Virus record (IMG/VR): IMGVR_UViG_3300002179_000003
Location: 1-61,618 of that record
Direction: 5' to 3' (one strand)
Length of the DNA stretch: 61,618 bases
DNA from: a virus
Lineage: Duplodnaviria; Caudoviricetes
The notes under the pieces are model-generated. The model did no database searches. It saw only the letters and a program-made list of their open reading frames with translations, and was not told the origin of the DNA. The position numbers and the translations under genes are program-made. This document shows, in pieces, positions 52,459-61,618 of the stretch. Every line of letters begins with the position of its first letter. Position 1 is the first letter of the stretch.

Positions 52459-55345
52459 AGCTTGTGACGAACTTATCAACATGAGATTTCAGAACGGGGC
52501 ATGGCGACCTATTGGCGCTAAAGCGGAACTGTACCCGAAGCCACCTTATAAGCCTGTTGTCATCCACGCCAAGGATAATATCCGAAACTGGATAGGCTAT
52601 AATGGAATATTGGATGAAACGATAACGACAGATGCCGCTTATGCAAGAGCCGTTGAACTTGGATACACAGGCGACATGAACTCGTACATCAACGCATTGT
52701 CTGAATGGGATGGAACGACAGGAGAAAATGCTTATTCGGATTATCTGTATCAAGTTTCGGCAACCGGATACACAGGTACATATTACGAATGGCTTCAGGT
52801 TGCAACTCCTAATTCAATCATACATTACAATCCGGTTAATCTTTCCATAACACAGACCGTTGTTACCTTCAATGGAACCGAAACACTGAATGCTATCCGG
52901 TTTGTGGCCAACTTCCTGATTATAGTTACAACTGAGAACCTGTACCGTTTCCTTTGGAAGAATGATACCTACACCAGAATTCAACTGACCGGAATTGAGA
53001 ATAACTTTCAAACACAGGTTGTTAAGACGGATGAACAGTTGAATTTGAAATTTGATGTAGGTGCGCTTAGTTTTAGAACAGGTATTGATTCTGCTGCTAC
53101 AACAGAATTGCTTGGAAAATATTACAAATTAGTTAACGAGCAATCAGCGCTAAGTAGGTTTAATGGAGGTATGTTTTATCGGATAGCAATAAGGTTATTT
53201 GATGGGTCTGAAATTCTTCAAAGTATGCCATCTTATTGGCAATTTGGAAGTTATCAGGCAAATCTTCATTTTAGTGTCGACGTTTATGCTGATCCACCAA
53301 CTCCTTATTATGTTTATTTACAATTTGAATCATTCGCATCAATAAAAATTACACAATCATTTGTTGAATCTTTTTCTGGTCAATTCGATTTATACAAAGA
53401 CCTGATTCAGTCGATAGTTATTTACGCTTCACGCGTTCAATCGTTTTATGATTTTTCTGAACGCGCAATTACAAATGAAAGCATTATAGCTGGGATCGAA
53501 ACGGCGCCACCCGGACCAGAAGGCAGTGGGGTTCCGGTTTCAGGATTTCTCCCTATTTCTCCCGACCTCAAAGATAACATCTATGATTCAACAAACTGGT
53601 GGAAGATCGGAGAAATAAGTTTCAACAAACTGGTTCAGCAGGCATCACCTCACGAAGATACTTATTCTGGCGAAGTGACCCTCGACCTGAAAGGATTCTA
53701 TGACAACTTTGCCACACGCGAACAAATTGACCAGGATAACTTCTCTCATCACGATTTGACCGGAAATGCAAGCGATATTTATAATGACCGCTTAGAGTTG
53801 GGCGACACACGGCAATCTCTGGCACTTCCGGCGCAACTAGCGAAGTCAATACTACCTTCAACGGGTGTTGTGACCGCTATTTACGCTGGTTCTTCGCTAC
53901 TGTATGAATTTGATGGAACCTATGATGGTCTGGCTCAGGTAAAGTTGGACACTACAAATGGAATTAAGTATGTTGAAATGGCCGTCACCCTGTATGTGTA
54001 TGCCTCGACCGGAACTTTGAAAGCGGTGTTCTATCCCGGACTGATTGGCTATCCTGACTACCGGGCAATAGAATTAGTGATCAATATTAAGTGGACTGAT
54101 AATGTGTATTATGAGATATTCAGGACAAAACTTGAAAAGAGTTTGTTTGGAAACTTCGCATTTGCGGTCAATAAGAACTTCAATGTGACTACCATTAACG
54201 GAATCAATCAGGTATCAGACATAAATTTCACGTCAACCTATATGCCTTTTGATAGTTCGGACCTGACTGCAAATACTATTCACACCATTGTTGCGGGTGA
54301 TAGTGTGGTCATGGATGGTAACCGGGTGCAGATTTCAGAAGTCAATAATCCTTTCGTCTTTCCGGCAAAGAGTTCTCAGCAGGTATCGGTAGGTATCATT
54401 AAAGCTTTCGGGACCTCAACGGAGGAAACTTCTCAGGGTCAGTTTGGCCAGTTCCCAATTTACGTTTTAACTTCGGTTGGAGTTTGGGGTCTGGAAATTG
54501 GAACCGGCGACGTGTATATTACAAACGTCGTGCCTATCAACGGAGAGGTTATCAGGGATAACGCGGCCAAACTTGATTTGTCTTTTGGTATCGCCTACAT
54601 ATCAGCTGAAGGATTGAGAATCATATCAGGTAAGAATGTGATTGAAATAAGCGAACCAGTCGAGGGATTGCAAGATGAAACGCTTTCAGATAATGCAAAC
54701 CTTCAGTTCTTCATCAATCATGCAAATATAGTTCAGATGACCGACTATGTTGATAAGGTTACATTTCTCACCTACCTTGCAGGTGCGGTGCTTGGATATA
54801 ATAAGGGAAGTGATAATAACGAACTGATTGTGATGAACCCGGACTATGATTACTCTTACGTGTACGACATCAAGCACAAATACTGGTTCAAAATGTCCGG
54901 GAAACACTCGGCTTTCATTTCTGATTATCCTCAGTTATATGGAGTTTGCGAGGATGGCTCAGGATCGGTTGTCAACTTCTCAAATGAAGGTGCTGGCACT
55001 ACTCAATGCCTTATTATTACCCGTGCTCATTCGTTTGATTCTCCTGATGTTGCTAAGAAACTTATGAGAACTTTCTTTCGATGCTTTTTGAATGTGACCC
55101 CTGATCACTTTGCTGCTGCCTATATCTTCCGGTCTGATAATCTTAAAGACTGGACCTTTGAAACGGGTAATGATAGAACTTCTGGAAAGGCTAAGGATAT
55201 ATGGATTACTCACACTTTTAGATCGGCAAAATACTATGCCTTTGTCTTTGCTGCAAACTTGACAGTTGATAGAACTATAATTGAAAACAGGTTGAGTAAT
55301 ATAGTATCCGAATATGAAGTTAAGATGGAGAATAAACTAAGGTAG
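52394..55345 (+). CDS. Tail nozzle/stabilisation protein (podovirus gp10/gp12-like)
   Basis: 983 aa, beta-rich; 'ACDELINMR', 'SEVNNPFVFP', 'SQGQFGQFPIYV'. Confidence 0.65.
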   Translation: MKQSKTLAITGIQRNQPQGMNEACDELINMRFQNGAWRPIGAKAELYPKPPYKPVVIHAKDNIRNWIGYNGILDETITTDAAYARAVELGYTGDMNSYINALSEWDGTTGENAYSDYLYQVSATGYTGTYYEWLQVATPNSIIHYNPVNLSITQTVVTFNGTETLNAIRFVANFLIIVTTENLYRFLWKNDTYTRIQLTGIENNFQTQVVKTDEQLNLKFDVGALSFRTGIDSAATTELLGKYYKLVNEQSALSRFNGGMFYRIAIRLFDGSEILQSMPSYWQFGSYQANLHFSVDVYADPPTPYYVYLQFESFASIKITQSFVESFSGQFDLYKDLIQSIVIYASRVQSFYDFSERAITNESIIAGIETAPPGPEGSGVPVSGFLPISPDLKDNIYDSTNWWKIGEISFNKLVQQASPHEDTYSGEVTLDLKGFYDNFATREQIDQDNFSHHDLTGNASDIYNDRLELGDTRQSLALPAQLAKSILPSTGVVTAIYAGSSLLYEFDGTYDGLAQVKLDTTNGIKYVEMAVTLYVYASTGTLKAVFYPGLIGYPDYRAIELVINIKWTDNVYYEIFRTKLEKSLFGNFAFAVNKNFNVTTINGINQVSDINFTSTYMPFDSSDLTANTIHTIVAGDSVVMDGNRVQISEVNNPFVFPAKSSQQVSVGIIKAFGTSTEETSQGQFGQFPIYVLTSVGVWGLEIGTGDVYITNVVPINGEVIRDNAAKLDLSFGIAYISAEGLRIISGKNVIEISEPVEGLQDETLSDNANLQFFINHANIVQMTDYVDKVTFLTYLAGAVLGYNKGSDNNELIVMNPDYDYSYVYDIKHKYWFKMSGKHSAFISDYPQLYGVCEDGSGSVVNFSNEGAGTTQCLIITRAHSFDSPDVAKKLMRTFFRCFLNVTPDHFAAAYIFRSDNLKDWTFETGNDRTSGKAKDIWITHTFRSAKYYAFVFAANLTVDRTIIENRLSNIVSEYEVKMENKLR

Positions 55346-55410
55346 CAGCCAAACTTTAATATTAAACTTTAATAAAAGTTTGATTATTGTAAAATATACG
55401 AGATTTATAA

Positions 55411-55641
55411 CTACTTCAACCTTGAGATAAATACAACCGTTTCTTCACTCAGGGCATAAGCATTTTCTAAATACAGGTGAATAGTGTCATTTTTGGCCGA
55501 TAAAACAACTTCGTGTTCATCAATGATGCGAATACTGTATTTTGCCATGATAGGGGTGGAAACGCTTTTAAAATAGGGAGCAACGACATAATATGAAACT
55601 ATCATCAATATACAAACTGCGGGGAAAATGTATTTTTTCAT
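55411..55641 (-). CDS. Membrane-anchored hypothetical protein
   Basis: N-terminal hydrophobic helix. Confidence 0.55.
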   Translation of the reverse strand: MKKYIFPAVCILMIVSYYVVAPYFKSVSTPIMAKYSIRIIDEHEVVLSAKNDTIHLYLENAYALSEETVVFISRLK

Positions 55642-55657
55642 GATTAGTTAATAATAA

Positions 55658-55933
55658 TTAAATTCTTTCTATTGGTCTCCAGGAGATATATTTTTTTATA
55701 AAATGTTGACTTTTACTATCAATTATGTGATACGTTTCCATGTGTCCAGTTCCGGACATTACTAGCACCTGATAGGGATTATCTTTTACGTCTGGCAGTT
55801 CTTCATCGACCGGAATCCAGCGTTGAGCAAATTCAACACCTGCTTTAAAATCTTTGGATATTTCATCCCGCCAAACGTCAGAACTGGCTCTTAATTTAGC
55901 ATATTCTTTTGCACCATCTTCAATTGTTTTCAT
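55658..55933 (-). CDS. DUF551-like phage protein
   Basis: 'FKAGVEFAQRWIPVDEELP...ISWRPI'. Confidence 0.65.
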   Translation of the reverse strand: MKTIEDGAKEYAKLRASSDVWRDEISKDFKAGVEFAQRWIPVDEELPDVKDNPYQVLVMSGTGHMETYHIIDSKSQHFIKKYISWRPIERI

Positions 55934-56243
55934 CTATTTATAATTTTAAAGTCGTTACAATACCGGAAATAACCACAATCAGGATCAATGAAGTTCTGGC
56001 ACTGATCACATTCATGTCTTTTGTTCATGGTTTATTGATTTTATCGCTTCCAATTCTTTTTCGAGTTCATTAATTCTTTTCAGTGCATATAGGCTAACCA
56101 CATCGCTCCTGAACTCCAAATAATCCTTGATGTTTTGATTCATTTCTGGATAGATTTTGATATCCTGTAAGTTTTGCTTTTCCATAAGTTTTATTTTTAA
56201 AATGGTACGTGTTCTGATTTATCTTCCTTTTCTTAAAAGTTAT

Positions 56244-56522
56244 TTATACTATTTTATTGTTTATTAGAAACTCTCCAAATATTTCACGATAATTTTTATT
56301 TGTTTCAAAGTCATTTCGAATAGCCTTAATGGAATAGCGAACCATTGAATGACTGGTTTTAAATTCCTTAACTGCCTCTTCTTGTGTTTTAAGCAAAACT
56401 AAACGGTTATATGCGATTAAAATAAATCTTGCCCTGACAATGTTTGGCTTTCTCGATTTACTTAATACGTCAGATTTACAACAGCCAGATAGTTTACAAA
56501 TATTTGATGTAATATTTTTCAT
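56244..56522 (-). CDS. Second DnaA domain IV-like HTH protein
   Basis: 'VLSKSRKPNIVRARF...KTSHSMVRYSIK'. Confidence 0.65.
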   Translation of the reverse strand: MKNITSNICKLSGCCKSDVLSKSRKPNIVRARFILIAYNRLVLLKTQEEAVKEFKTSHSMVRYSIKAIRNDFETNKNYREIFGEFLINNKIV

Positions 56523-57064
56523 TATGAAATTTCTTCTTGTTCATCCACCGAAAGCAATGATAAAACATATCCCCTTTGCGCACGATATTCTCTACCCGAA
56601 GAAACTATCATCATTCCATCAAACCTTCCGTAAAATATACCATAATAACCTCTTCTAAGTTTTGAAAAGTACAGCGTTAGTTCAGAAAGATTAAACATGT
56701 AAATTTCAGAATAAAGTTCCCTGGCTATTGATTTTATTATTTGTCCGTCAGAATCTAATCCTAAATAAATTGACAAATTCATTAACCATGCCCGAAGTAA
56801 ATCAATTCCAGTTTCTTTGTTGTATGCGAATTGTAAATCAGAAAGCCTTATCATTCCAGATTTCAAAGAAAGTTCAACAGTGTTCAAACAGTCATATCTT
56901 TCAGCGCAAAAGTCAGGATTGAACTTTTCGAGGAAACTTTTTTGATCAGGACACACGACTAAAATAGCTTCAATTTTTTGCCGCGATTTCTCTGGCAAAT
57001 TCATCTGCGGCTTTGTAAGTTCCGGCAAGTTTACCTTTTGAATTATTGTTGATAATTTGTCCAT
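56522..57064 (-). CDS. Replication-associated protein (possible helicase loader/inhibitor)
   Basis: Overlaps the initiator 3' end; 'NLSELTLYFSKLRRGYYGIFYG'. Confidence 0.5.
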   Translation of the reverse strand: MDKLSTIIQKVNLPELTKPQMNLPEKSRQKIEAILVVCPDQKSFLEKFNPDFCAERYDCLNTVELSLKSGMIRLSDLQFAYNKETGIDLLRAWLMNLSIYLGLDSDGQIIKSIARELYSEIYMFNLSELTLYFSKLRRGYYGIFYGRFDGMMIVSSGREYRAQRGYVLSLLSVDEQEEIS

Positions 57065-57689
57065 TATTCGAATTATTTAAATTTTCTAACCATTTTGCTT
57101 TGAATCCAGACCAGCTATTTTCAGATGCAATTTTAATACATTCATTGGCCGGTTGGCCTGACAATTCAATTTGTTCTTTTATTGCTTTAAAAGCGGTTTC
57201 GGTATTTGTTGCCTTTTTATTCTTTCTAACTACCAACCAATCGGAAACAATATTTTCAGAAATACCTAAAAATAACAAAGACTTCTTAAAATTAAATTTT
57301 AATTTAATTCCTTTCTCACTATCAATATCACTATCAATATCACTATCGGGTTCGTCTGGGTTATTTGGGTTATTTCTTAAACCATCTGGGTTATTTGGGT
57401 TCGTAATTAACCGACTGGGTTTTTTGGGTTTTATCTTAGGCCTACCGCCCTTTTCGCCGTTATTTTTATTGCGATTGCATATATTTAAGTACTTCTGTAA
57501 ATCACGTTTTAAGCCTTGTTTTATCGGTTCAAAAACAAGATCAATTAATACATCTTCAATAATTGGATGTTCGTCGTTTACGTACGATAGAATATATTTG
57601 AATAATTTTCCAGACTGTTCATCTGAAAGTTTATTGATAGTGTGAATTATATCACAATAGAGTAAAAATGACTTTTTATCAGTCGCCAT
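56970..57689 (-). CDS. Replication initiator protein (DUF6291-like N-terminus)
   Basis: 'KKSFLLYCD..LSDEQSGKLF', 'NGEKGGRP', low-complexity linker with DNA repeats, C-terminal 'WSGFKAKW'. Confidence 0.75.
   Translation of the reverse strand: MATDKKSFLLYCDIIHTINKLSDEQSGKLFKYILSYVNDEHPIIEDVLIDLVFEPIKQGLKRDLQKYLNICNRNKNNGEKGGRPKIKPKKPSRLITNPNNPDGLRNNPNNPDEPDSDIDSDIDSEKGIKLKFNFKKSLLFLGISENIVSDWLVVRKNKKATNTETAFKAIKEQIELSGQPANECIKIASENSWSGFKAKWLENLNNSNNGQIINNNSKGKLAGTYKAADEFAREIAAKN
57316..57430. repeat. Iteron-like repeats / putative origin inside the initiator gene
   Basis: CTGGGTT(A/T)TTTGGGTT at about 57356, 57386 and 57415; tandem TCACTATCAATA units 57316-57347. Confidence 0.65.
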
Positions 57690-58845
57690 AGTATGAATTA
57701 GTTAGTTGTTTCTTTCCGCTAAATATAGCCCAAATACCCGGCTTTTCTGCCCTTAATTCAAGTTCTTCAACTTTTCCGAATCGTTTGTAAGTCTGGCAAA
57801 GATCGACTATCCACGCCGTTGATTTTGATTCGTGCGGCCTCATTGCACGGCCAATCATCTGATAATACAAAGCAAGCGACATCGTAGGCCGCGCCAGTAC
57901 GATTGTGGCTAATTCTGGAAAGTCGAACCCGGTTGTTAAAACCCCGACATTGGTAACTATCCTGATTTGACCTGATTTGAAGTCATTCAAAATTCGTTCA
58001 CGTTCCTTTTTTGGAGTTTCCCCGGAAACCATTTCGGCCAATCCATTAAAGTAGTCTGATAATTCCTGAGCCTCGGCCACAAACCTGGTAAAAACTAAAA
58101 TGTTTTTCCTCCCGGCCTTGATTAATCGTTCAATAACTTCTTTCAACTTCCGGTTAAACTCAATGTCTTTGTAATGTTTTTGGATTGATTTGTCCGTAAA
58201 ATCTGCACCCGTTGAATTTACGGACAGTTTTGTAGGATCAACGATGTTTATTTGGAAATATTCCATCTTTGATAAAAATCCATGATCGGCCAATTCTTTG
58301 ATCTGAACATGGTAAATCATTTCTGAAAATATACGGGGCCGGGTTCTGGTTAGAAATTTTAGAATTGAGCCGCCAAATCCATCAAATGAGAGCCTATAAG
58401 GTGTTGCGGTAAGTCCAAGCACCCTACAATCTAAATTGCTTAAAAATTGGTTGTACATTGAGCTTTCATTTTTTGAGTTGACAAGGTGGCATTCATCGAT
58501 CAAAACGGTCTTAAAATGTGAGAATAATTCAGGATGGTTTCGAACACTACCAATCATGGCAAAAGTCACCTTACTAATTTCTTTTGAGTTGAAAGAAGCT
58601 GAATAAATTGAACAGTCAAAAAAACCGTATGATTGAAGTTTAGCAAAGTTCTGCTCAAGTATTTCTTTCGAAGGTTGAAATATTAAAACATGATCATTTA
58701 GTCTGTTAGCAATATCAGCAAGAATTAGACTTTTTCCAGATCCCGTTGGCAACACCTCGATGACATTCCGTTTTTTCTTTGATTGAAAAAATTCAATTGC
58801 CTTATTAGATGCCTCCTGTTGATATGGTCTTAAAATGTAGTTCAT
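57679..58845 (-). CDS. DEAD/DEAH-box SF2 helicase (RadD/YejH-like)
   Basis: 'LRPYQ', 'PTGSGKS', 'DECH', 'TATP', 'QMIGRAMR'; start at MNYILRPYQ preferred. Confidence 0.9.
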   Translation of the reverse strand: MNYILRPYQQEASNKAIEFFQSKKKRNVIEVLPTGSGKSLILADIANRLNDHVLIFQPSKEILEQNFAKLQSYGFFDCSIYSASFNSKEISKVTFAMIGSVRNHPELFSHFKTVLIDECHLVNSKNESSMYNQFLSNLDCRVLGLTATPYRLSFDGFGGSILKFLTRTRPRIFSEMIYHVQIKELADHGFLSKMEYFQINIVDPTKLSVNSTGADFTDKSIQKHYKDIEFNRKLKEVIERLIKAGRKNILVFTRFVAEAQELSDYFNGLAEMVSGETPKKERERILNDFKSGQIRIVTNVGVLTTGFDFPELATIVLARPTMSLALYYQMIGRAMRPHESKSTAWIVDLCQTYKRFGKVEELELRAEKPGIWAIFSGKKQLTNSYYGD

Positions 58846-58855
58846 AGTTTGGGCA

Positions 58856-59038
58856 TTAATCAATTCCACATCCTTTTTTAAAGCAATCTTCACATTGAAC
58901 CAACCCATATTGTTTATTATAATTTTCATCTAAAACTGGGAATATTTTACCATTTTTTTCAATTCCACATATATCACATGAAAATAAACGCTTTTTAACA
59001 ACAGGCTTTTTAATTAAAAAATTTTCTTTCATATCCAT
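58856..59038 (-). CDS. Small CxxC...CxxC zinc-finger-like protein
   Basis: 'CDICG...CEDC'. Confidence 0.5.
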   Translation of the reverse strand: MDMKENFLIKKPVVKKRLFSCDICGIEKNGKIFPVLDENYNKQYGLVQCEDCFKKGCGID

Positions 59039-59119
59039 AATACTATATTTTACAAAGTGTTTAGTTTTATTTGTTCCGTTCCGGGTAACGATCCCGGAAG
59101 GCTCCACCGTGGAAACGGA

Positions 59120-59878
59120 TTATTTTTCGATGATTGCAATTTCAGGGCAAAGTTCCTGAATGGATTTCTTTTGTTCGTCGATGATTCTGTCCAGAAATTC
59201 CGAAACAATATCATTGGCCATCGGTGAAATTAAAGTCACCATATAAGATTGAGCATCTACATAAACCTCAACCTCAAAAGTCTGCTTTTCCTGCCCTTTA
59301 AAGACCGGAACTTTCAACGTGAACGATTCGGGTATGTTTGATGCAATAACCTTCTGAGCGACAAGAAAACGCTCTGAACCACGGTTATCTTTCGATAGTT
59401 CATATTCCTTGTCGGTTTTGATCTTTACGTCCTTCAGTTCCTTGAAAAGCTTCATCGCGGTTACTGGGTCTGGGAAAAGCGAGCGGTTCATTTTACAGAA
59501 CTCAGCTAGTTGCTGATGTCCCCAACCTTCACCGGAATTTATTTTCCACTTGGTAAAATCAGAATGCTCAACCAATTTGCCGGAAACTTTACCAATTGCA
59601 TACGGGTCGGTTTCGTTGAAAGTCAGTTCGATTGATTTTGCATCCCGGTTGATTTGAACGTTTGAATTGAGAGGAAGAACCACGTTTGGATAATTGTTAT
59701 CTTCTTCACCACCGCCATCTGGCAATGTCCGGTATCGTTTTTCCAAGAATCTTAATACTGAATCAATATTTCCTGCGATAGCTACCTGATTTTGTTTTTG
59801 TTCAGATAAGCCCTGAACTTCAATAACCCGGACTTCTTTAGTTCCTTCCGGCAGGACTAATTCTTTAATTTCGATCAT
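59120..59878 (-). CDS. Conserved phage protein (YfdQ/DUF2303-like)
   Basis: 'IPESFTLKVPVFKGQ' C-terminal motif; paired with an upstream small gene. Confidence 0.5.
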   Translation of the reverse strand: MIEIKELVLPEGTKEVRVIEVQGLSEQKQNQVAIAGNIDSVLRFLEKRYRTLPDGGGEEDNNYPNVVLPLNSNVQINRDAKSIELTFNETDPYAIGKVSGKLVEHSDFTKWKINSGEGWGHQQLAEFCKMNRSLFPDPVTAMKLFKELKDVKIKTDKEYELSKDNRGSERFLVAQKVIASNIPESFTLKVPVFKGQEKQTFEVEVYVDAQSYMVTLISPMANDIVSEFLDRIIDEQKKSIQELCPEIAIIEK

Positions 59879-59889
59879 GATTTTAAAAA

Positions 59890-60330
59890 TTAATTATGAG
59901 TACCATCTTTTACAATTCGCATGTGAGAGAATAAGCCAAGTTCTTCTTCATTAGCTGGGCGTGTTTCGGTTTCAATCAATTCTCCTGATTCAGAATAAAA
60001 GTACACCATTAGTGTTTCGGAATCAACAAAACCGTAAAGATTACCTTTGAATTGAGCGTGTCCGGTTCTGACTTCGGAACCAAGAGCCCTAACTTCTGTT
60101 TTGATCGGATCCATCTGGTCTTTGAAGTCTTTTACCATTGTTTTCTTTTCTTCGTCCAGATCAGAAAGTTTCAGACTTTTGTCGGTAAACTCTTTGCGTT
60201 TTTGGATAAGGTCTGAGGCATCAAGTTTTTTGTAAAACTTTTTATCCTCTTGCACATTGTCAGCCGTACTTTGCAAACTTCTTTTGCGTTCTTCGGGCGA
60301 ATCATTTTGAAATAAAAATTTGTCTGCCAT
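59890..60330 (-). CDS. Hypothetical protein
   Basis: 146-aa coiled-coil ORF. Confidence 0.7.
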   Translation of the reverse strand: MADKFLFQNDSPEERKRSLQSTADNVQEDKKFYKKLDASDLIQKRKEFTDKSLKLSDLDEEKKTMVKDFKDQMDPIKTEVRALGSEVRTGHAQFKGNLYGFVDSETLMVYFYSESGELIETETRPANEEELGLFSHMRIVKDGTHN

Positions 60331-60390
60331 ACTTTAAAATTTAATGGTTAATAATTGCAATTATTTTTTACTTAATAAATCAAAAAAATA

Positions 60391-60558
60391 TCAATTCAAT
60401 CCTAAATAAGATTTAAGACCGGTTAACTTTTCAATACTCAAATTTCTATTACCAGAAAGAAAATGAGAAAGTTCAGAATTGGATAACCCGGTTCTTTTTG
60501 CTACGTGTGACTTTTTCAACCCTAGCAGCTTAATTCTTTTTTTAATATCTTCTGTCAT
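60391..60558 (-). CDS. XRE-family HTH regulator (Cro-like)
   Basis: 'GLKKSHVAKRTGLSNSELSHFLSGNRNL'. Confidence 0.75.
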   Translation of the reverse strand: MTEDIKKRIKLLGLKKSHVAKRTGLSNSELSHFLSGNRNLSIEKLTGLKSYLGLN

Positions 60559-60717
60559 TTTTTCTTTACTAAAATTTCTGAAAAATTTCCCGACTTCAAT
60601 CAAAATCGGGAAACTCAATGTGTTCAACTAAAAACAAACCTAATCTTTAAAACCTGTGAATGAGAATCCAAATATAAGAAACATTTTTAACTTATTCGAT
60701 GATTGGATGAATTATTT

Positions 60718-61551
60718 TCATTGGAATAAATTATAGTCGGAGTTTACACAATTCAATGGAAGGTGTGCCCGGTCAATTCCGGCCTGTTTGAGAAGGGAAT
60801 CTTTGAAGTAAACTTTTCTGTCGTGTGCCGAGCAAGCCATCAATAAAATTCTTGATAAATAATCGTGAATTTCGTTTTTGTCATATTTACGCCCTGATTG
60901 CAGACCAATTTTATATAAATCACAAAACCCCAAAGTTTCAATGATCATTTTATAGCTGCTTTCAAAATCAATTATCGGTTCAATACTGGCAAATGTTTTA
61001 AATCCGGCTTCGTGCAGCTTTCGCATTGCTTCTATTCGTTCCTGATTGGTTGAAGCGTTTGTCTCCAGTTCATCATGTCCGGTTAGCGTGAATCCGAAAG
61101 CGACCTTGTGACATTTCGCCGCTTTATTATCGCAAACTAAAATCCCATTTTTCGATAAAAATTCATCTACCCACCACGTGCATTTTGTTAGAATCTTAAC
61201 AGAAATGCCATTGACAATCAATGAATTTATTGCCTTAAATGTAAGTCCTATTGTTTCAGGCAGCATTGGATCGGTTGTAAATGAAAAAAATAATCCATTA
61301 TCGTAAAGTTCATCTAAATTTTTCAGCATTTCCCTGACAAATACGTCGTGTGCATCCTGTTCGTTTTTAAAGCACTTTTTCAATTGTGGCTTATCCATTC
61401 CCATTACTCCGGCCAGTATGCCTTTCTTACAGTAGCAATACTCACAGCCGTTTGAGCAGCCAACATAGAAATTACAAGCCCATTTCGAATATTCAGCAGC
61501 CTTGCCGCCCGGTTGATAAATCGCTTTTCCGTTAAATCTTTTAGTTTCCAT
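60718..61551 (-). CDS. Radical SAM protein (SPL-like phage family)
   Basis: 'GCSNGCEYCYC' CxxxCxxC motif, 'FTTDP', 'ILTK', 'SIEP'. Confidence 0.8.
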   Translation of the reverse strand: METKRFNGKAIYQPGGKAAEYSKWACNFYVGCSNGCEYCYCKKGILAGVMGMDKPQLKKCFKNEQDAHDVFVREMLKNLDELYDNGLFFSFTTDPMLPETIGLTFKAINSLIVNGISVKILTKCTWWVDEFLSKNGILVCDNKAAKCHKVAFGFTLTGHDELETNASTNQERIEAMRKLHEAGFKTFASIEPIIDFESSYKMIIETLGFCDLYKIGLQSGRKYDKNEIHDYLSRILLMACSAHDRKVYFKDSLLKQAGIDRAHLPLNCVNSDYNLFQ

Positions 61552-61618
61552 TTTTAAAATAGTTTTAAGTTATTTTTATTCTTATTTATTTTCGAAACTC
61601 GCTGTCTTTCAACTCCTG
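61527..61618. repeat. Terminal direct repeat, copy 2 (circular assembly overlap)
   Basis: Identical to 1-92. The minus-strand gene run continues across the junction into the radical SAM gene. Confidence 0.95.

Larger units (their letters stand above)
1..61618. mobile_element. Complete tailed dsDNA bacteriophage genome, podovirus-like, probable Bacteroidota host
   Basis: TerL, portal, capsid, scaffold, CHAP lysin and ejection proteins; no host housekeeping genes; terminal overlap; Bacteroidota-type TAnnTTTG promoters. Confidence 0.92.

Noticed and set aside
55961-55971. TACCGGAAATA identical to 9832-9842 of an array site
   Set aside because: Not preceded by TAACG, has no partner arm and lies inside a small minus-strand ORF; probably chance.
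1-61618. Stop-codon reassignment as seen in some Bacteroidota phages
   Set aside because: Long genes are intact in the standard code with high coding density, and TAA, TAG and TGA all appear as gene ends.

Overview
The window is an apparently complete, circular (92-bp terminal overlap; unit length about 61,526 bp), AT-rich dsDNA phage genome. A Bacteroidota host is likely, based on TAnnTTTG promoters, Gln-after-signal-peptide proteins and FISUMP domains. Portal, capsid, terminase, nozzle and ejection proteins are present, but I found no tail tube or tape measure, so the virion is probably podovirus-like. Modules are: (i) leftward early, recombination and replication genes (radical SAM, XRE, SF2 helicase, initiator with iterons, two DnaA-domain-IV proteins, NinG-like, RecE-like exonuclease, Rad52/Sak-like annealase); (ii) a rightward early operon; (iii) lysis, fibre and head genes; (iv) a 4960-aa polyvalent/DarB-like protein (adenine MTase, Strawberry-notch SF2 helicase, MutS-I, two JAB/RadC-like domains) whose modules are separated by a recurring EPxxxY linker. 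The most striking unannotated feature is an integron-like array of four single-gene cassettes at about 7.85-10.18 kb. Each cassette is bounded by its own GTTA...TAAC inverted repeat, the cassettes are separated by 98-127-bp attC-like hairpins, and I recognise no recombinase in the genome. Other candidates include GC-rich repeats about 240 bp apart in a fibre gene, circularly permuted FISUMP domains, a promoter/terminator-bounded sRNA and a tRNA-like mini-element. All product calls come from manual motif recognition, not database searches.
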